Below the pieces are notes generated by a model that made no database searches, was not told the DNA's origin, and saw only the letters and a program-made list of their open reading frames with translations. A stretch of 64,000 nt of DNA, from assembly GCA_951406725.2 (NCBI GenBank), contig OX597815.1, forward strand, positions 1,488,001 through 1,552,000, read 5' to 3'. The first letter of the stretch is position 1. Each line of letters starts with the position of its first letter. Below are positions 24,455 through 38,257 of the stretch, one piece after another. Origin of the DNA: Octopus vulgaris. Lineage: Eukaryota. The translations under genes and the position numbers were made by a program.

Positions 24455-25565
24455 TACATTTATATATCCACACAGAAGAAAGGAACAATCATTATATGAT
24501 GCGGAGGCAAACATTTGGCGAGTCATTCTTAAAATACTCCGAGTTTCACACAAACAGAATCACGGTCTCAGTTCCTCCTCTACTCTCGAACCCATTGGGC
24601 AGCATGTTAACCTCACTGGTTACTACTGGCTGCGTGCTCTCCAGCATCCAGCCACATGATATCAGCCTCTCTCATGTCCCTCATCTCACTTTAGAAATGG
24701 CGTTGCTCTGCTGCTTGGATCACGTGACCTGTTTCTTTTGATCGTTGTTGTTCGACCTTCTCTAAAGTTCCTTGTTTTGATCTTCTCCATAATGATTCTC
24801 AGACCAATCCTTCCACCGTTTCTGTTCCAGTTCTGATCGGCGGTTCTAAGGTTTTATCGTCTTTAACGAGCAACGTCAGTTCTGTCTGCTGTTTCCATCG
24901 TATTCCTCCATGGAATATGTTTATTGTTCATCTTTACAACACTCACTCCAGTAAGGATGTCGAAGAAGTCTATTTTCCTTGTTTCAGTTCGAACGAATCA
25001 TCAACTGGTACTTATTATATTCACCCCGAAACGATGAAAAGCAAAGTCGACCTCGGCGGAATTTGAACTCAGAACATGAAATGGAAATGCTGCTAAGCAT
25101 TTTTCCAGACGTTCGAATGATTCTTCCAACTCGCTGCCTTCAGTTCTTTAAAGGTTTAAACAAAATGTTGAGGAACGCCGTAGGGAAAGACAAGAACTCT
25201 CCGACGACACAGTCAAATGCCTTTTTAAAGTCAATAAAATTTAGCTTCAGTTGTCCTTGATGCTCAACACACTGTTGAATAATAAATGGAATTAGTTCTA
25301 ATTGGTCAAGGCAGACCAAGAGGTCATTTCGGCCTTTAAGTCAGACCAGTGAAATGAAAGGAGTCCACTTCACTCCGAACACAGTTCTGAACTCATTAAC
25401 AAGGGAGGCTACTTCATGTGGATGGTATGGTTTGAAATCATTCACCAGCTCCATTTGTAAAATTTGTGGTCTGTTAGTGAATGTTTAGACATTTCTGTAT
25501 GAATCACTTGACTATGTTTTGTTAATTTCTTTGTTGTTTACATTCTAGATAGAAGTTCAATCAAA

Positions 25566-25900
25566 ATGAATTGTTTTATTGCAAGGAAGAAGCGAATGAC
25601 AAGTAACGACAGACTACACCGAAAATACACTAACAGGTAGTCTGTACAGATTAATAATTGGTCGTTGTGGCATAGAATCAACTCTCTAAACTAAAAGAGG
25701 TTCATTAAATGCAGCTAAGAGTCCGAAGAGGTGACAGAGTGTCGATTTTTATCTATCCTCCAGTTTCATTTAATATGGACTGGAAGTATGACCTATTCCC
25801 AGAATGTCTTGTTTGTGAGGAGAAATTGAGCAACGAGTCAATAATATTCACTATCAATTACGGCGCCATTTTACAAGTGAACGCTTTCTTTTGGCAGGAA
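25566..25900 (+). pseudogene. hAT (Buster/Charlie-type) transposase N-terminal remnant
   Basis: PECLVCEEKLSNES, then a frameshifted LRRHFTSE, fits the BED zinc-finger pattern PxCxxCxxxLSNESMKPSKLxRH. Confidence 0.6.
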
Positions 25901-27418
25901 AATATGTTGATTATGCATCTACTCTCGTTTATCACGTATTTTCTCGTTCACTTTTATCTTTTCCTGTAGAAAATACACCCGTCTGTGTTGTTTGTTAGGA
26001 TCAGACACCTTCATTGCTTTCTCTCCTTTGCTCTCATGTTGATGTGTACAGCCTCACACCACAGTCGTGCAAACACAAGCGATAGTCAGTGGATCTTGGG
26101 TGGCTGAGAATTGTGGGTGGCAGCTCGGTTGCGTTTAGGAGATAAAAGCAGATCATAGGACTAATCACTTGATCAATCCGAGATAAGCGTAACATGGTTC
26201 ACAATTGAAGAAGAAGGAGGAGGAGGAAGAGGACAACGACGACGACGATGATGTTCATCCTGGAAATTCTAGTCTCGCTGATCGCTACCACATTTAAATC
26301 TAGTGACCGGTGGTCATTAAACAACCGACTTTCAATATTGATAAATTGGTCAGGGTTCATTTCCCTACAGTCAGATTTAGCGGGCAATCCGCTTTTTAGA
26401 GATCCCTGAAAGGTCTCCTGCAGTATTATTTAGGTAATTATTATTTTGAAAACCTCCATGTCATGGTGAAATTTTAGCAGCAAATATTTATAGAATTCTG
26501 GTGTCGTCCTTTCTGGAATTACCACCATTCAATCTACCCCCACCCCGATCCTCTCAGCTTCGTCATTTGGTGAAAATTCGAAGGAGGAGGGGGAAGTCGG
26601 TATGAGATGGGTTCTTCCGTCACACTTCTGTGATCTCATCAGTGGTCCTTTGCTTTCTTCTTTGTTTTTTGAGTCTCTCCTTCCTAACGATCAGCCATTT
26701 TGTGTTCCTGTTGTATGTGTCTTTATTTGCGCATGTCTATATCCCTTTGTGTGTCTATGTTTGGTAAGTGTGTGTGTGTGGGCGGGAATGTGTGTGCTTC
26801 CTGCATCATCAGTATCCCCGGTTTATTCATGTTCATTTTATTTTATTTTATTCATTTTATTTATTTGTCTTTATCTACTTACTTTTTTTATTGATTTATT
26901 ATGCTTTGCTTGTGTATTTAATTATTTAATTCCATTTATTTATCTATCTATTGTATTAGTTTCATACTATTATTAGTCTATGGGGATCTTATTGTGTCAT
27001 CAGGTTGTGGTATGGGGGCGTGTGCTAGTGTTCCATTCTAGTTTTATATTTAGGCTGAAGTAAGCGAACACCGAACAAATAGTGCGTGTGTTTTCATTGG
27101 CTAAACTGGCAGCATGACCATCCCCAAATACAACAATATATATTTCAACACACGAGTTCACATCAAGAATCTTGCAAAAGACGAATACATAAAGGTAAAC
27201 GTGTGTGTGTGTATATATATATATATGTGTGTATGTGTGTGTATGTGTGTGTGTGTGTATGTGTGTGTGTGTGTGTATAAAATTAGTGTACATTTATACA
27301 CAAAAGAGGTGACCCTAACAGGACACCTTACATGCTAAAAGGAACAGTCCAAAGTCCAAACCACGGTTAAGAGTCATTTCGAAGGGGATGAAAAATAAAC
27401 ATTTTCAATAGTTACCAT

Positions 27419-27484
27419 TTGTACCCAGATTTCGAACATTTATGAACAAATAAAATAATTTGTTATGCGTGTTCTCATCAGCAA
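27419..27484 (-). ncRNA. Type I minimal hammerhead ribozyme motif
   Basis: UUG-CUGAUGA-GAACA..(AACAAAU/AUUUGUU)..UGUUC-GAAA-UCUGGGUA^CAA. Confidence 0.6.
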
Positions 27485-27872
27485 GGGCGCTAAAAATTAA
27501 CGTATAACTATGGGACAAATAGACAGCACTCGTCCCATCTTTATATATTATACGCATAACAAATTAGGGTCACCTCTTTTGTGTACAAATGTACACTAAT
27601 TTTATCTGAAAAATATGTTGTCTGTTGACTATTTTATGCATGCTGGCCACTGGTAGAAACATTTCTCTAATTTTCCTACCCTATATATATTTGCTTATAT
27701 ATTTAAACACACACGTGTGTGTGTGTGTATGTGTGTGTGTGTACCTCGTGAGGCCGTCGGCGACTAAGCCGGCAACCCTACCAAGCCTACTTGGTAATAA
27801 GTGTGGTTTTCGTCTAAGAAAATGCAAACGTCGGATGTATGTATTTATGTATGTCTGCATGTATGTCTGTCT

Positions 27873-27921
<49 letters not shown>

Positions 27922-28319
27922 ATGTATGTATGTATGTATGTATGTATCAAAAGGATCTGTTATAACACTATTCCACATATACAAAAACATCCATACCAAA
28001 AATCCAACATACGTCCATCATCAGCTGCCCTACGGACATCATTATGGTTTCGACACCTGGGCAGTACCATTCAATCCGGCAGCGTCAACAGCACTACAAG
28101 AAGTGCTGTTTGGGAACAAACATACCAAATAAACTACAAATTTCAAACACATTTACCATATGTGCAACAGTATTCAATCTAAATATAGGCATGTATGTAT
28201 GTATGTATGTATGTATGTATGTATGTATGTATGTATGTATGTATGTATGTATGTATGTATGTGTGTGTGTATGTGTGTATGTATATATGTATGTATGTGT
28301 GTACGTAAAAGAGTAAAAA

Positions 28320-28655
28320 GGAAAAGACCTCTTCGGTCATGACTGACCATGGGATTGCCCCTAGAAAGTTACCCTCCCGGGCACAAGTCCAGGTAAGGTT
28401 GTTTATGGGAGACCAGCAGTCAGCCATGCATAACCAGCCTCCCCTCTCCATGCCGCTAATGTTATCTAAGAGAAAGGCAAAGGAGCCGATACAGCTTGGC
28501 ACCAGTGACGTCACAACTCATTTCTGCAGCTGAGTGAACTAGAGAGATGTGAAATGAAGTGTCTTGCTCAAGAAAACAGCACACAGCCCGGTCCGGGATT
28601 TGAACTCACTTCCCCATGATTATGTGCCCGGCGGTCTAACGACTGAGTCATGCGT
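28320..28655 (-). mobile_element. tRNA-derived SINE (family E, OR-like)
   Basis: Reverse homologue of 60439-60775. Confidence 0.75.
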
Positions 28656-28663
28656 CTTCACGT

Positions 28664-29265
28664 TATTATTATTATTATTATTATGGCATGGCTTCGCGAA
28701 CGAAGATCAGGAAGGCTGTCCACGTCGCGTGCATGCACGCTCATGACTGACAAGTCCGATATGGGAAAGGCAGGTCCGTGAGTAGTGTCCACAGACGAAG
28801 GTAACATCCGTTGTGGTGTCAGAGGGGGCTCGCGCCTTCCTCCTGCGTCTCTTGTCTTTAAGTGCGTCTCTTCTTTGTTCCTCAAACTTGCTGACTGCAT
28901 TGAAGATCGTGTGGCGCCAGACATCACGGTCCGCAGCCAGGTCTGACCAGCATTGGTGGTTAATATGACATGCTGTTAGAGACTTCTTGAGGCAGTCTTT
29001 GTAGTGCTTCTTCGGAGCCCCTCTTACTCGGTGGCCGGTGGAGAGTTCGCCAAACAGGGCAATCTTAGGAAGGCAATGGTTCTCCATTCTGGAAACATGC
29101 CCTTCCCATCGGAGGTGGGACTTCAGTAGCGTGGCTTCAATGCCGGGGATGAACTACAGCGTAGTCAACGGCCATCCAACGCTCTGCTGCCTTGTAGATG
29201 GGCTTTTTAGTCAAAGGTTCCGGATGGGGGTCTCCTAAGCTAACCCCCTACACCGGCCTAGGCAA
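28664..29265 (-). mobile_element. Short RTE(BovB-like)-derived element with TSD and (TAA)n tail
   Basis: LPKIALFGELSTGHRVRGAPKKHYKDCLK...VCGHYSRTCLSHIGLVSHERAC. An 11-bp TSD cgtcttcacgt occurs at 28653-28663 and 29266-29276. Confidence 0.85.
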
Positions 29266-29339
29266 CGTCTTCACGTACGTGTGTATATAAGTGTATGTGT
29301 GAGTGTGTGTGTTTTTGTGTGTGTGTTTGTGTGTGTGTG

Positions 29340-29381
<42 letters not shown>

Positions 29382-29947
29382 TGTGGGTGTATACTCACGC
29401 GCGTGTGTGCGTGTATGTTAAAAATAACAATCATAAGGGCTCACCAACACCACCATCATCATCATCACCACCACCACTACCACCACCACCATCTTACCAC
29501 TACCATTTTCAAAAGTAAGAACTCTGTTAACAATGATTCTAATGAACGAGCATGATGATGGTGCTGATCATAATGGTGATAAAAACGAGTTGCTGCCAGG
29601 GTTAAAGAATCACCATTTAAAACATTAGAAAAATAAAAGTGCATCTCCGAGGTTCGATGACAGAGCAAACATCATTCAAGAAGAAGGTAGAAAAAAAATA
29701 AAGCGGCAAGGGAATTAACTCTGATACATTTTTTTGAGTTATTTCCCTTAAACTGATTTTTTAAATTCTTACGTTTGGGGAGAGTCATCCCCTTTTCGTG
29801 TCTTAACACACTCCACCGATTTCCACTCAATTATTCTTATTAACATTTTCGTTGTAATTTGCAACCTTTTTCAATAGTCGTTGATTCTGTCCGATATCGG
29901 AATTGCGTTCTTTTTCTTTCTTTTTGTACGCATGCGTATGCGTACAC

Positions 29948-29949
<2 letters not shown>

Positions 29950-29978
<29 letters not shown>

Positions 29979-30036
29979 TGTATGTATGTATGTATGTGTG
30001 TGTATGTATGTGTGTGTGTATGTATGTATGTATGTA

Positions 30037-30067
<31 letters not shown>

Positions 30068-30330
30068 GTATGTGTATGTATGTATGTGTGTATGTATGTG
30101 TGTGTGTGTGTGTATGTATGTGTGTATGTATGTATGTATGTATGTGTGTATGTGTGTATGTATGTACGTATGTATGTATGTGTGTATGTATGTATGTATG
30201 TATGTATGTGTGTATGTATGTATGTATGTATGTGTGTGTGTGTGTATGTATGTATGTGTGTGTGTATGTATGTATGTATGTATGTATGTATGTGTGTTTA
30301 TATGTGTGTGTGTGTGTGTGTGTCTGTGTA
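29950..30330. repeat. (TATG)n/(TG)n compound microsatellite
   Basis: Seen directly. Similar tracts lie at 8795-9125, 21270-21620, 28190-28300, 33620-33908 and 55895-56003. Confidence 0.95.
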
Positions 30331-30589
30331 TGGATTTGTGTGATTATGTATGTGCGTCTGTTGTGTACGGATGTGTGTCTCCATGTGTGTCCCTGTGTGA
30401 AGTGTGTCTGTGTGTATATGGCCAACTGTTTCAGTCTTCATTTGTATGTGTGTGTTTGTGCCCGTCTGTCCATATTACCTATGTACCTATCCATCTGTAA
30501 AATTACCTGTCCATATGCGTATCCATTTACCCACATATACACACACACACACACACACACAGAGTTTATTTGATGTAGTGGCGTGAAAC

Positions 30590-31695
30590 AGGGCCGTGTG
30601 TTCGCCCCACCCCCACCCCATTTGGTATTTTCTTTGCAGTCATGCTGAAACATGCATTTGGGACATCAGCCGATGGTATTTCCATCCACACCAGATCAAG
30701 CGGAAAACTGTTTAGTCTGTCGAGGCTGAAAGCAAAATCCGAGGCGCGCCATGTTGTTCGCAGACGATGCAGCACTGACAGCGCCCTCTGAAGTGGACAA
30801 ACCCTAAAAGGCCTGTCAGGAATTCAGCCTGACTACAAGTCTGAAGGGGACCCAAGTAATGGGTCAAAGGGTCAATCACACCCCCTCCATCACCATCAAC
30901 AACTACAAGCTGGAGGCAGTGCATCATTTCACCTATCTCGGCTCTACCATCGCTGATGATCTCTCCCTGGACCCTGACATCAACAGGCGAATCGAACAAT
31001 CGTCCTTCACATTTTCCAGGATCACAAAGAGAATCTGGGAAAGCAAAAAACTGGCCGCAAACACCAAAATTGCAGTCTATAAGGCGTGCCTCCTTCGTAC
31101 GCTACTTTACGTCAGTGAGACGTGGAACCTCTACTCTAGACAGAAGCGGCATCTCAACGCCTTTCACCATCGTAATTTGAGATGCATCTTGGATATCAAA
31201 GGAATCGACCACATCACCAACATCGAAGTCCTCAACCGAGCCAAGATACCCAGCATACACATCTTGCTCCAGTAGCGTCGTTTGCACTGGCTCAGCCATG
31301 TTCATCGCATGCCAAAAGGAAGGATCCCAGAATATCCTCTGAATGGGGAATTGGCCACGGTACAAGAGTACGAGGACGAGGTCGTCTTCTTTTCAAGGGC
31401 GTCTGCACGAACGATATGAAGTCGCTTGATCTGGACGTCCCGAGATGGGAGGAGGTCGCAAATGATCGCCCACACTGGAGGCAAACACCGGAAAAGGAAA
31501 TGAAGAGAAACAGGAAGTCGCCACCAAAGAAAAGCACACTCAACAAAATGAAAAACCTGCTTCCAATGCAGTCAAAGTATGCCTGACTGCCCCTCCCGTG
31601 TGGGCCTCTACAGCCACAACGGAAGTTGCACCACCATCAGCAGCTGACATGATGTTTTTTGGCCCCTTCAGACCGACCGATGCCTACTATTACTA
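30590..31695 (+). mobile_element. RTE LINE RT and C-terminal fragment
   Basis: LFADDAAL (RT YADD-equivalent) and LEAVHHFTYLGSTI...KIAVYKACLLRTLLYVSETW...LNAFHHRNLRCIL, with stops and frameshifts. Confidence 0.9.
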
Positions 31696-32449
31696 TCTGA
31701 CGTGACTGGATCTGGTTATGTTGAATTAGAGTACTTCCCTGTTGTGTAAAGTGTTTTATTTATAAATGAAAGCACAAAGATTCAAGTACAGTGGCTGTCT
31801 GTGTAGAGTGAGTTCCAATGCGTAGAACTCGCCGCTGTTGGTGCGTGAGTGTGTCCAGGGCTGGTCTGTGGGCCTCTGTCTTTGTTTATTCAGAAACCAA
31901 CAAAATCGTACCAAAGTTCTTATCAAATCAGTCTTGTTTTCTTTTCTTTGTTTTCATCAATGGTTTCAACATCACCAAAGAATGTGGAACATAAAGCGAG
32001 CCACTCTTCATCCATTCCAGTCGCTGAAATGAGGAAACTTTCATTTTGACAGACGAAGGTTGTTATTAATGTCAGAACAACAGCAATTGAAGCGGACTTG
32101 GTGTTTGGTATTTTTGAGCATCGTAAGGGGCACAGCTGTGGTATGGCCTGTTTTGTTTTTAGGATGACGATGTGGTCCATCATCCAACACTCAGATCTCT
32201 CCATTGCTAGGATGAGCGGAACATCTTTGATGTCTATTCACCTGATTACGATATCATACCTGTGTATATATTTGGGACTTATTCATGCGGTTCTTCTGGA
32301 AGTTGGTATTGGGAATTGTGAATTTGTGTTCTTCACACGAAGAGAGATCGGTCAGGTGCTATTGCTGTTAGTTTTCCGAACACCATCATCATTGTTTCGA
32401 TTCCAGATTGTTTTGTTCGTTTTTTTCCCCTTTCTATTTGGATGACTTT

Positions 32450-32960
32450 GTAATAATAATAATAAAAATGAAATTATTGTATGCAGTGCTCAGGTGCACC
32501 ACAACTTGTCAAAAAGTGCGTATAAAGCATATGCAGTAATGTACAAATGTCTGGAAAGCGAACAGTGTATGAGTCAGATCCATGCTTGCGTGTGTATGGA
32601 GGGGAGGAAATCAGGTGTAGTGTTGGCGAATCTCAGGAAGCATGGAAGTTTTGAAGGATGCAGTGCTCCGACAACTAACAACTGATGCCGGCAGTTTGTT
32701 CCATGCTTCAGTAACTCTTAGCATGAAAAAATGTTTCCGAAAGTCATGGAAGGAGCTGTGCTGTTTTCTGACTTTGTAAACATGTCCATGGGTGTTAGAC
32801 AGGTGGAGTTTGGAAAGGTGCTCAGAGTTATTGTTTGTAAGATGGTTAATAATTTATTTTATGAGTGTCTGCCAAGTCAGCTGCCAGACGTCGGAGTCGT
32901 ATTTTGGTATCGCAATCCGAACCTGAGCTAATGGTAGAAATGGTCTTTGTCCTGACTATC
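32450..32960 (-). mobile_element. CR1/L2-like LINE 3' end
   Basis: Minus-strand WNKLPASVVSCRSTASFKTSM followed by a 3'UTR and (TTA)n tail. Confidence 0.65.
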
Positions 32961-34229
32961 AGATGGTTGAAGTGGTTCGTAGACAGTCCATAACGTGACA
33001 CAGAGGCCGCTCAGAGAAGAGGAATAGAAATAGCATTAACCATGATGCCTACCAATGTCTCGGTTAATTTTGGCAGCAGATTCTTTCTTGCAGTAAATCC
33101 GATACTATAGAAGTGATAGCCATCTTCAGTGTGTACCATTCCACAAGAAGATATAACTTTCACTCGCCTCACTAACAGAGACCTCTCCAAGTTAGCAGAT
33201 CTCCCTAAATCAAACAGTATCCACCCTGTAGCACTTCACATCTGCAGAACATTAGGATGAGTTTGTCAAGCAATGGCCCTGGATTCCACTTGATAACCAT
33301 GAATATTATTTCATGTTTTAGCCTTCCACCATTATTATGGGGAATGTCCTGTCAGGAGAGATTTGCTGTCTAAGAACAAAACTAGGTCCTTTCCCGACGG
33401 GGGTGAGCTGCGCAGTTCCAAGATAAGGTTGCTAAGAGTTGTTCAAGAGTTTACTGACTGACCCAATCTCTGACGGAAATGTTTGTTGCTGTGGAGCATT
33501 GACTGGTATCTTCTAAGGTTTTCAGAACTGGTCCTGTTGCAAGACTTACTACATATCTAAAGGATACACACACACACATACGCGCGTGCATACACACACA
33601 TATATAATACAAAATGCATACACATACATACATGCATACATACATACATACATACATACATACATACATACATACATACATTCATACATACATACATAAA
33701 TACATACATGACACACATATACATACATACATACATACATACATACATACATACATACATACATACATACATACATACATACATACATACATACATTCAT
33801 ACATACATACATAAATACATACATGACACACATATACATACATACATACATACATACATACATACATACATACATACATACATACATACATACATACATA
33901 CATACACAGTAGAAATCGTCTCGTGATTGAATAAGATCACTTTTTGGATCCATTTCACTCAAGAAAATGCCTTGAATTTGGTCTCCTCGTCGCTGATGTC
34001 GTCTCATACGGTTTCTAAAGCCAGCAAATGGAAGTGGCCACGTGCAAGGCCCCTTTTTCCATTTTACAAGTCATTCCAGGCCAGCCACAAGTCAGCCATC
34101 CAACAACAGCCCGGCTTTGAAGGTTGGGACTGACAATGGTGAGTGTATTCACGGGCCATCCCACACCCTCTGTTACACAAGGTGCATGAGAGATCATACT
34201 GGACATCACATTGACAGACGGGGGCATTT

Positions 34230-35300
34230 CTGTAACCATACTTACGACAAAGTAGGCCAGTCTTTGAAAAGCAAACACGACCACATTGGTCACACACAAA
34301 AAGAGTCCCTTTCGTGCCCTTCTCAGGAAGAAGGTTCACATCCTCCATGCACTTATCAGTATGTTTCAATTCAAAGTGTGCAGCCTGTTGCTCTAAAACT
34401 CTATAACACCAATACTCTCGTATCAGGTACATGACATCGCCATGACATCTTCAGGACAATACGGAAGCATCGCTAGTGCTGTCGCTCGAGATCCTGGATA
34501 TATTTGCGGGTTGGATCTTCAGGCATCACATCCATTCAACAATGCAGTTAAGACAATGATTGATAGACCGCAACTTTTGTTGTTGCTCTGATGTCCAATT
34601 GTGACCAGAGCCTCCATTCAAGCTTTCCAAGTGCATCACAGGCTTTAGAAAGTCTATTATTGACCTCCTCGTCGAGTGTATCAAATCTCAATAGTGTGTG
34701 GTCAAGGTAGACAAACGAATTCACAACTTTTAAGTTTTTACTCTTGACATTTATCGATGGTGAGGTACTGAGCTTTCCTGGCGCTGGTTGTGTCATGACG
34801 ACGGTCTTCTTAAAAGGGGTCGGAAGTCCTAACTCATCACAGGCGGCTGGAAAGGAGTCCACCAGGAATTGCAGGTGTTCTTCAGTGTGGAGTAGATTGC
34901 AGTCATCAATATAAAGGAGACGACGAATGAGAATTATGAAAGGTTTTGTTACTGGAGTCAATCGACCGATGGTGAAAAGCTTTCCTGTCGTCTGGTAACA
35001 GATGTAGATACCAGCATCGTTATGTGCAAAGGTTCGCAAGATAACAATAGCGAAGAAGATGGCAAACAATGTAGAAGTTAAGAGAACACCCTGTTCAACA
35101 TCAGATTCAACTGAGATGGTTTCAAGTAGTTCACTGTTGATGCAAACCTATGCTCTCAGCTTGTCCTGATGAGATCGATTGAGCCCTGTGAACATTTCCT
35201 GACACACCTTGAAAAGGATACCCCCAAAGAGTTGACTTATGTACAGTGTCAAAGGCCTTTGTAAAATCGATAAAACAGTGATACAAATCAGGTTGCTATT
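34230..35300 (-). mobile_element. RTE LINE fragment
   Basis: LLYIDDC...LKVVNSFVYLDHTL...LDEEVNNRLSKACDALGKL...TKVAVY and a C-terminal CDQCGRVCFSKTGL. Confidence 0.85.
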
Positions 35301-36715
35301 TTCTGCTTAAATGATGATGTGAATAAACTGAGATTTCCAGAAAAAGAAATCCACCAGTTAATTCGCACATTATAAATACACTTTTTAAGCGAAACGGTTG
35401 AAATGTGTAAGACTTCTCTTGAATCCAAAACGTGAATTTGTTTTTGTTGTGTAGATTCCAATGATGGAGGTTAATAACTTTGTTAGAAACCAGGTCTTTC
35501 CTCACAAGTAAACTTCTAATAGCTAAAAATAGAAAATTTGAAGTTTTCTCTCTCTCTGTTTACAACTTCGGCTTAGGGGAGGAAATCTTCATCATCTTTT
35601 TCGACCAAATTTAAACACTGCCAGCAAGTACTGAACAGGAAACGTCTTTCACAGAAATTTTTCGATAAAAAATTGTTTCATTGAAACAAATCTCACCTGG
35701 TTTCTTCAGCGGAATATAATTACTGTTTTCCCGTGTTCGGCAGGGGAAGATAACTCTCTTAAAAGTAGTACTTTTTCCTCCTCAGACCAATTTTTACATT
35801 CTTCTTTGAAGATTTCTTAGTATCTTCGAAAATATGCAGAGAAGGTAATGCCTTCTTCTGGATTACAGCTGAATTCTTCAAATGAATTTGCTACGCTGTC
35901 TGGCGTGTAAGAACCTGCAGTGTTTTGTCTTCTTCAACATTAATTCCAGCGACTGTTGGTTTTGTTGCTGTTGTAGTTGTTGCTGTTACAACCACACAAC
36001 AGGGTTCAATAAATCTTCCATGTTAAAACGATTTTTCTTTGGTTTAGTAATAAAAAAAAATAAAAAATTCTAAACGTCCAATGCAAGCTTCGAATAACTC
36101 GTCGCCACTTTTATATCTTGGTGTTGAATGAATAACTTAACGAAGCAGAGGAAAAGAAAATATTCATGCGATTACTGTTACACGAGATCAAACGCTCTCT
36201 GCCAACGGCTCACAGTGAACTGCTTCCCAATCAGGTGCTCACGGTATTTTATTTTATAAAAGGCGGCGAGCTGGCAGAATCGTTAGCACATCGGGCGGGC
36301 GAAATGCGTAGCCGTATTTCGTCTGCCATTACGTTCTGAGTTCAAATTCCGCCGAAGTTGATTTTGCCTTTCATCCTTTCGGGGTCGATAAATTAAGTAC
36401 CATTTACGCACTGCTAGCTGTATGTGATTGGTCGGAGATTTGGACAGTACTCGCGTGTATGTGCGCACACACGCAGCTGTATATGCATGCACTAGCACTA
36501 TGACCCGGAGTTGCCCGGTCATAGTGCTAGTATACACTAAAACCTTTTTCTATACAGAAGACTCAAAGTAACACGTGATCCTTTCTTTCTGTCCTTTTCA
36601 CTTCTTTATTTAAGCCAAACTTAGGAATACGCAAACCAATATTTTTTCAGTTAAACTATATCATACAAAAGCATTTGTATGATATAGCTACAATGTAGTT
36701 CTGTATTTTCATTTT

Positions 36716-37303
36716 CATACACAGAGATACATAGAATAAATCTATTTTCTCCTTTTATTAAAAAGTTAAACTTGTTTTAATTACCCAAAAGATATATATG
36801 GATATTGAGAAAAAACTTATGCATTTTCAACTTTTTCTCAATATTTTTCATGTGTGTGTGTACGCGCGCGCGCATATAGGACGAGCTTCTTTCAGTTTCC
36901 GTCTACCAAATTCACTCACAAAGCTTTGGTCGGCCCGCTGCTATGATAGAAGATACATGCCCAAGGTGCCACGCAGTGGAACTGAACCCGGAACCATGTG
37001 GTTGGGGAGCAAATGGCTTCCCACACAGCCTCGTCTGAGCTTTTTTTTCTTATTATTTTCTTACATTATTTTTTTTCTTTTACTCTTTACGCTTTTATTG
37101 TTTTATTTTTAAATGCTTTGGTGCTCCACAGTCGAAATTTCGTGCGCGCGCGCACCCACCCACCCACACACACACACATGAAAAATATTGAGAAAAGTTT
37201 GAAAATGCATAAGTTTTTTCTCAATATCTTTTGCGTAATTGAAACAAGTTTAACTTTTTAATAAAAGGGGAAAATAGATTCATCCTTTGTATCTCTGTGT
37301 ATG
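36716..37303. mobile_element. MITE-like element with ~150-bp inverted arms and a nested family C SINE fragment
   Basis: 36716-36873 is the reverse complement of 37142-37303. A SINE head lies at ~36880-37035. Confidence 0.75.
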
Positions 37304-38257
37304 ATGTCTAATTACTTTATGTTTTGTTTCATCGCTTTTATCTTTTGATTCTATTCCTCCGCTTGTTTCGAGTTCTTACTATGTTCCAAATACGAGCAAT
37401 CTCGAATCTGTGACGTAGAGAAGCTTACCAGATACGTCTCGAGTCTACTCTTATGTAATGAGACAATCTCACTAAATTTAGCAGAGATGTTTATTGCTCA
37501 TGAAACGTTCTGATGAGAAATCCGATTCATTGTGTTACAACACAATTATATATGTGCACGTATATGCATATTTACATGTGTGTTGGACGTTTTACCATCG
37601 CTGATCTAACTGGATACGGATTACGAAACTGGTGTCAGCAAACGGAATAAATATTTCATCACTTCTTTGAATGTTTCGCTCCTGTTGCTTGTCCATTGAT
37701 TCCCAGGCAGCGTTTATATTTTTAACTCTGTTGGCACATCCGGATTGAATGATACTTCCCGGGTGTCAAAGCCATAATGCTATTCACTTGGCAGCTGAAG
37801 ATGGGAATGTATGTTTGATATGCTTGTTTGCGAGTCTTTTACGTCGTGGGGTTTCATTATTCTGAGTTGCGGATCATTCTCGTAAGGTTGAACATGTTTT
37901 GGGGCTTACAGTTAATGGTAATTACATATTCATATTTCTTGATTGACTTCATGGATAATCTTATTCGGCTAGGATAACAATTAATTAACGGTTGCTAGAT
38001 ATGGAACGTTTCTGACATATATATGTGTATGTGTGTGTGTGTTTGTGTGTTTGTGTAGTTATACATGCATGTATGTATGTAAGTGTATCCTTTCATCCAT
38101 GCACCCATTCAATCATGCATCATACATACATACATAATGGATACACACACACACACACACACACACACATTTTTACATGCGTGCTCCTACGCCAACTAGA
38201 ATGCTAGTTATTTTTGTTATTGTTTAGCCTCTGGGCCAACATAATCAAACTAACTTA

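Noticed and set aside
29859-30573. Long Cys/Val/Tyr/Met or His/Thr ORFs (also near 2.8, 8.7, 21, 33.6, 40.3 and 59.5 kb)
   Set aside because: They are translations of (TG)n/(TATG)n/(TA)n microsatellites.
37505-37540. CTGATGA hammerhead-like start
   Set aside because: There is no GAAA after the stem and no stems I or III. Hits near 16681, 35166 and 58784 fail likewise.
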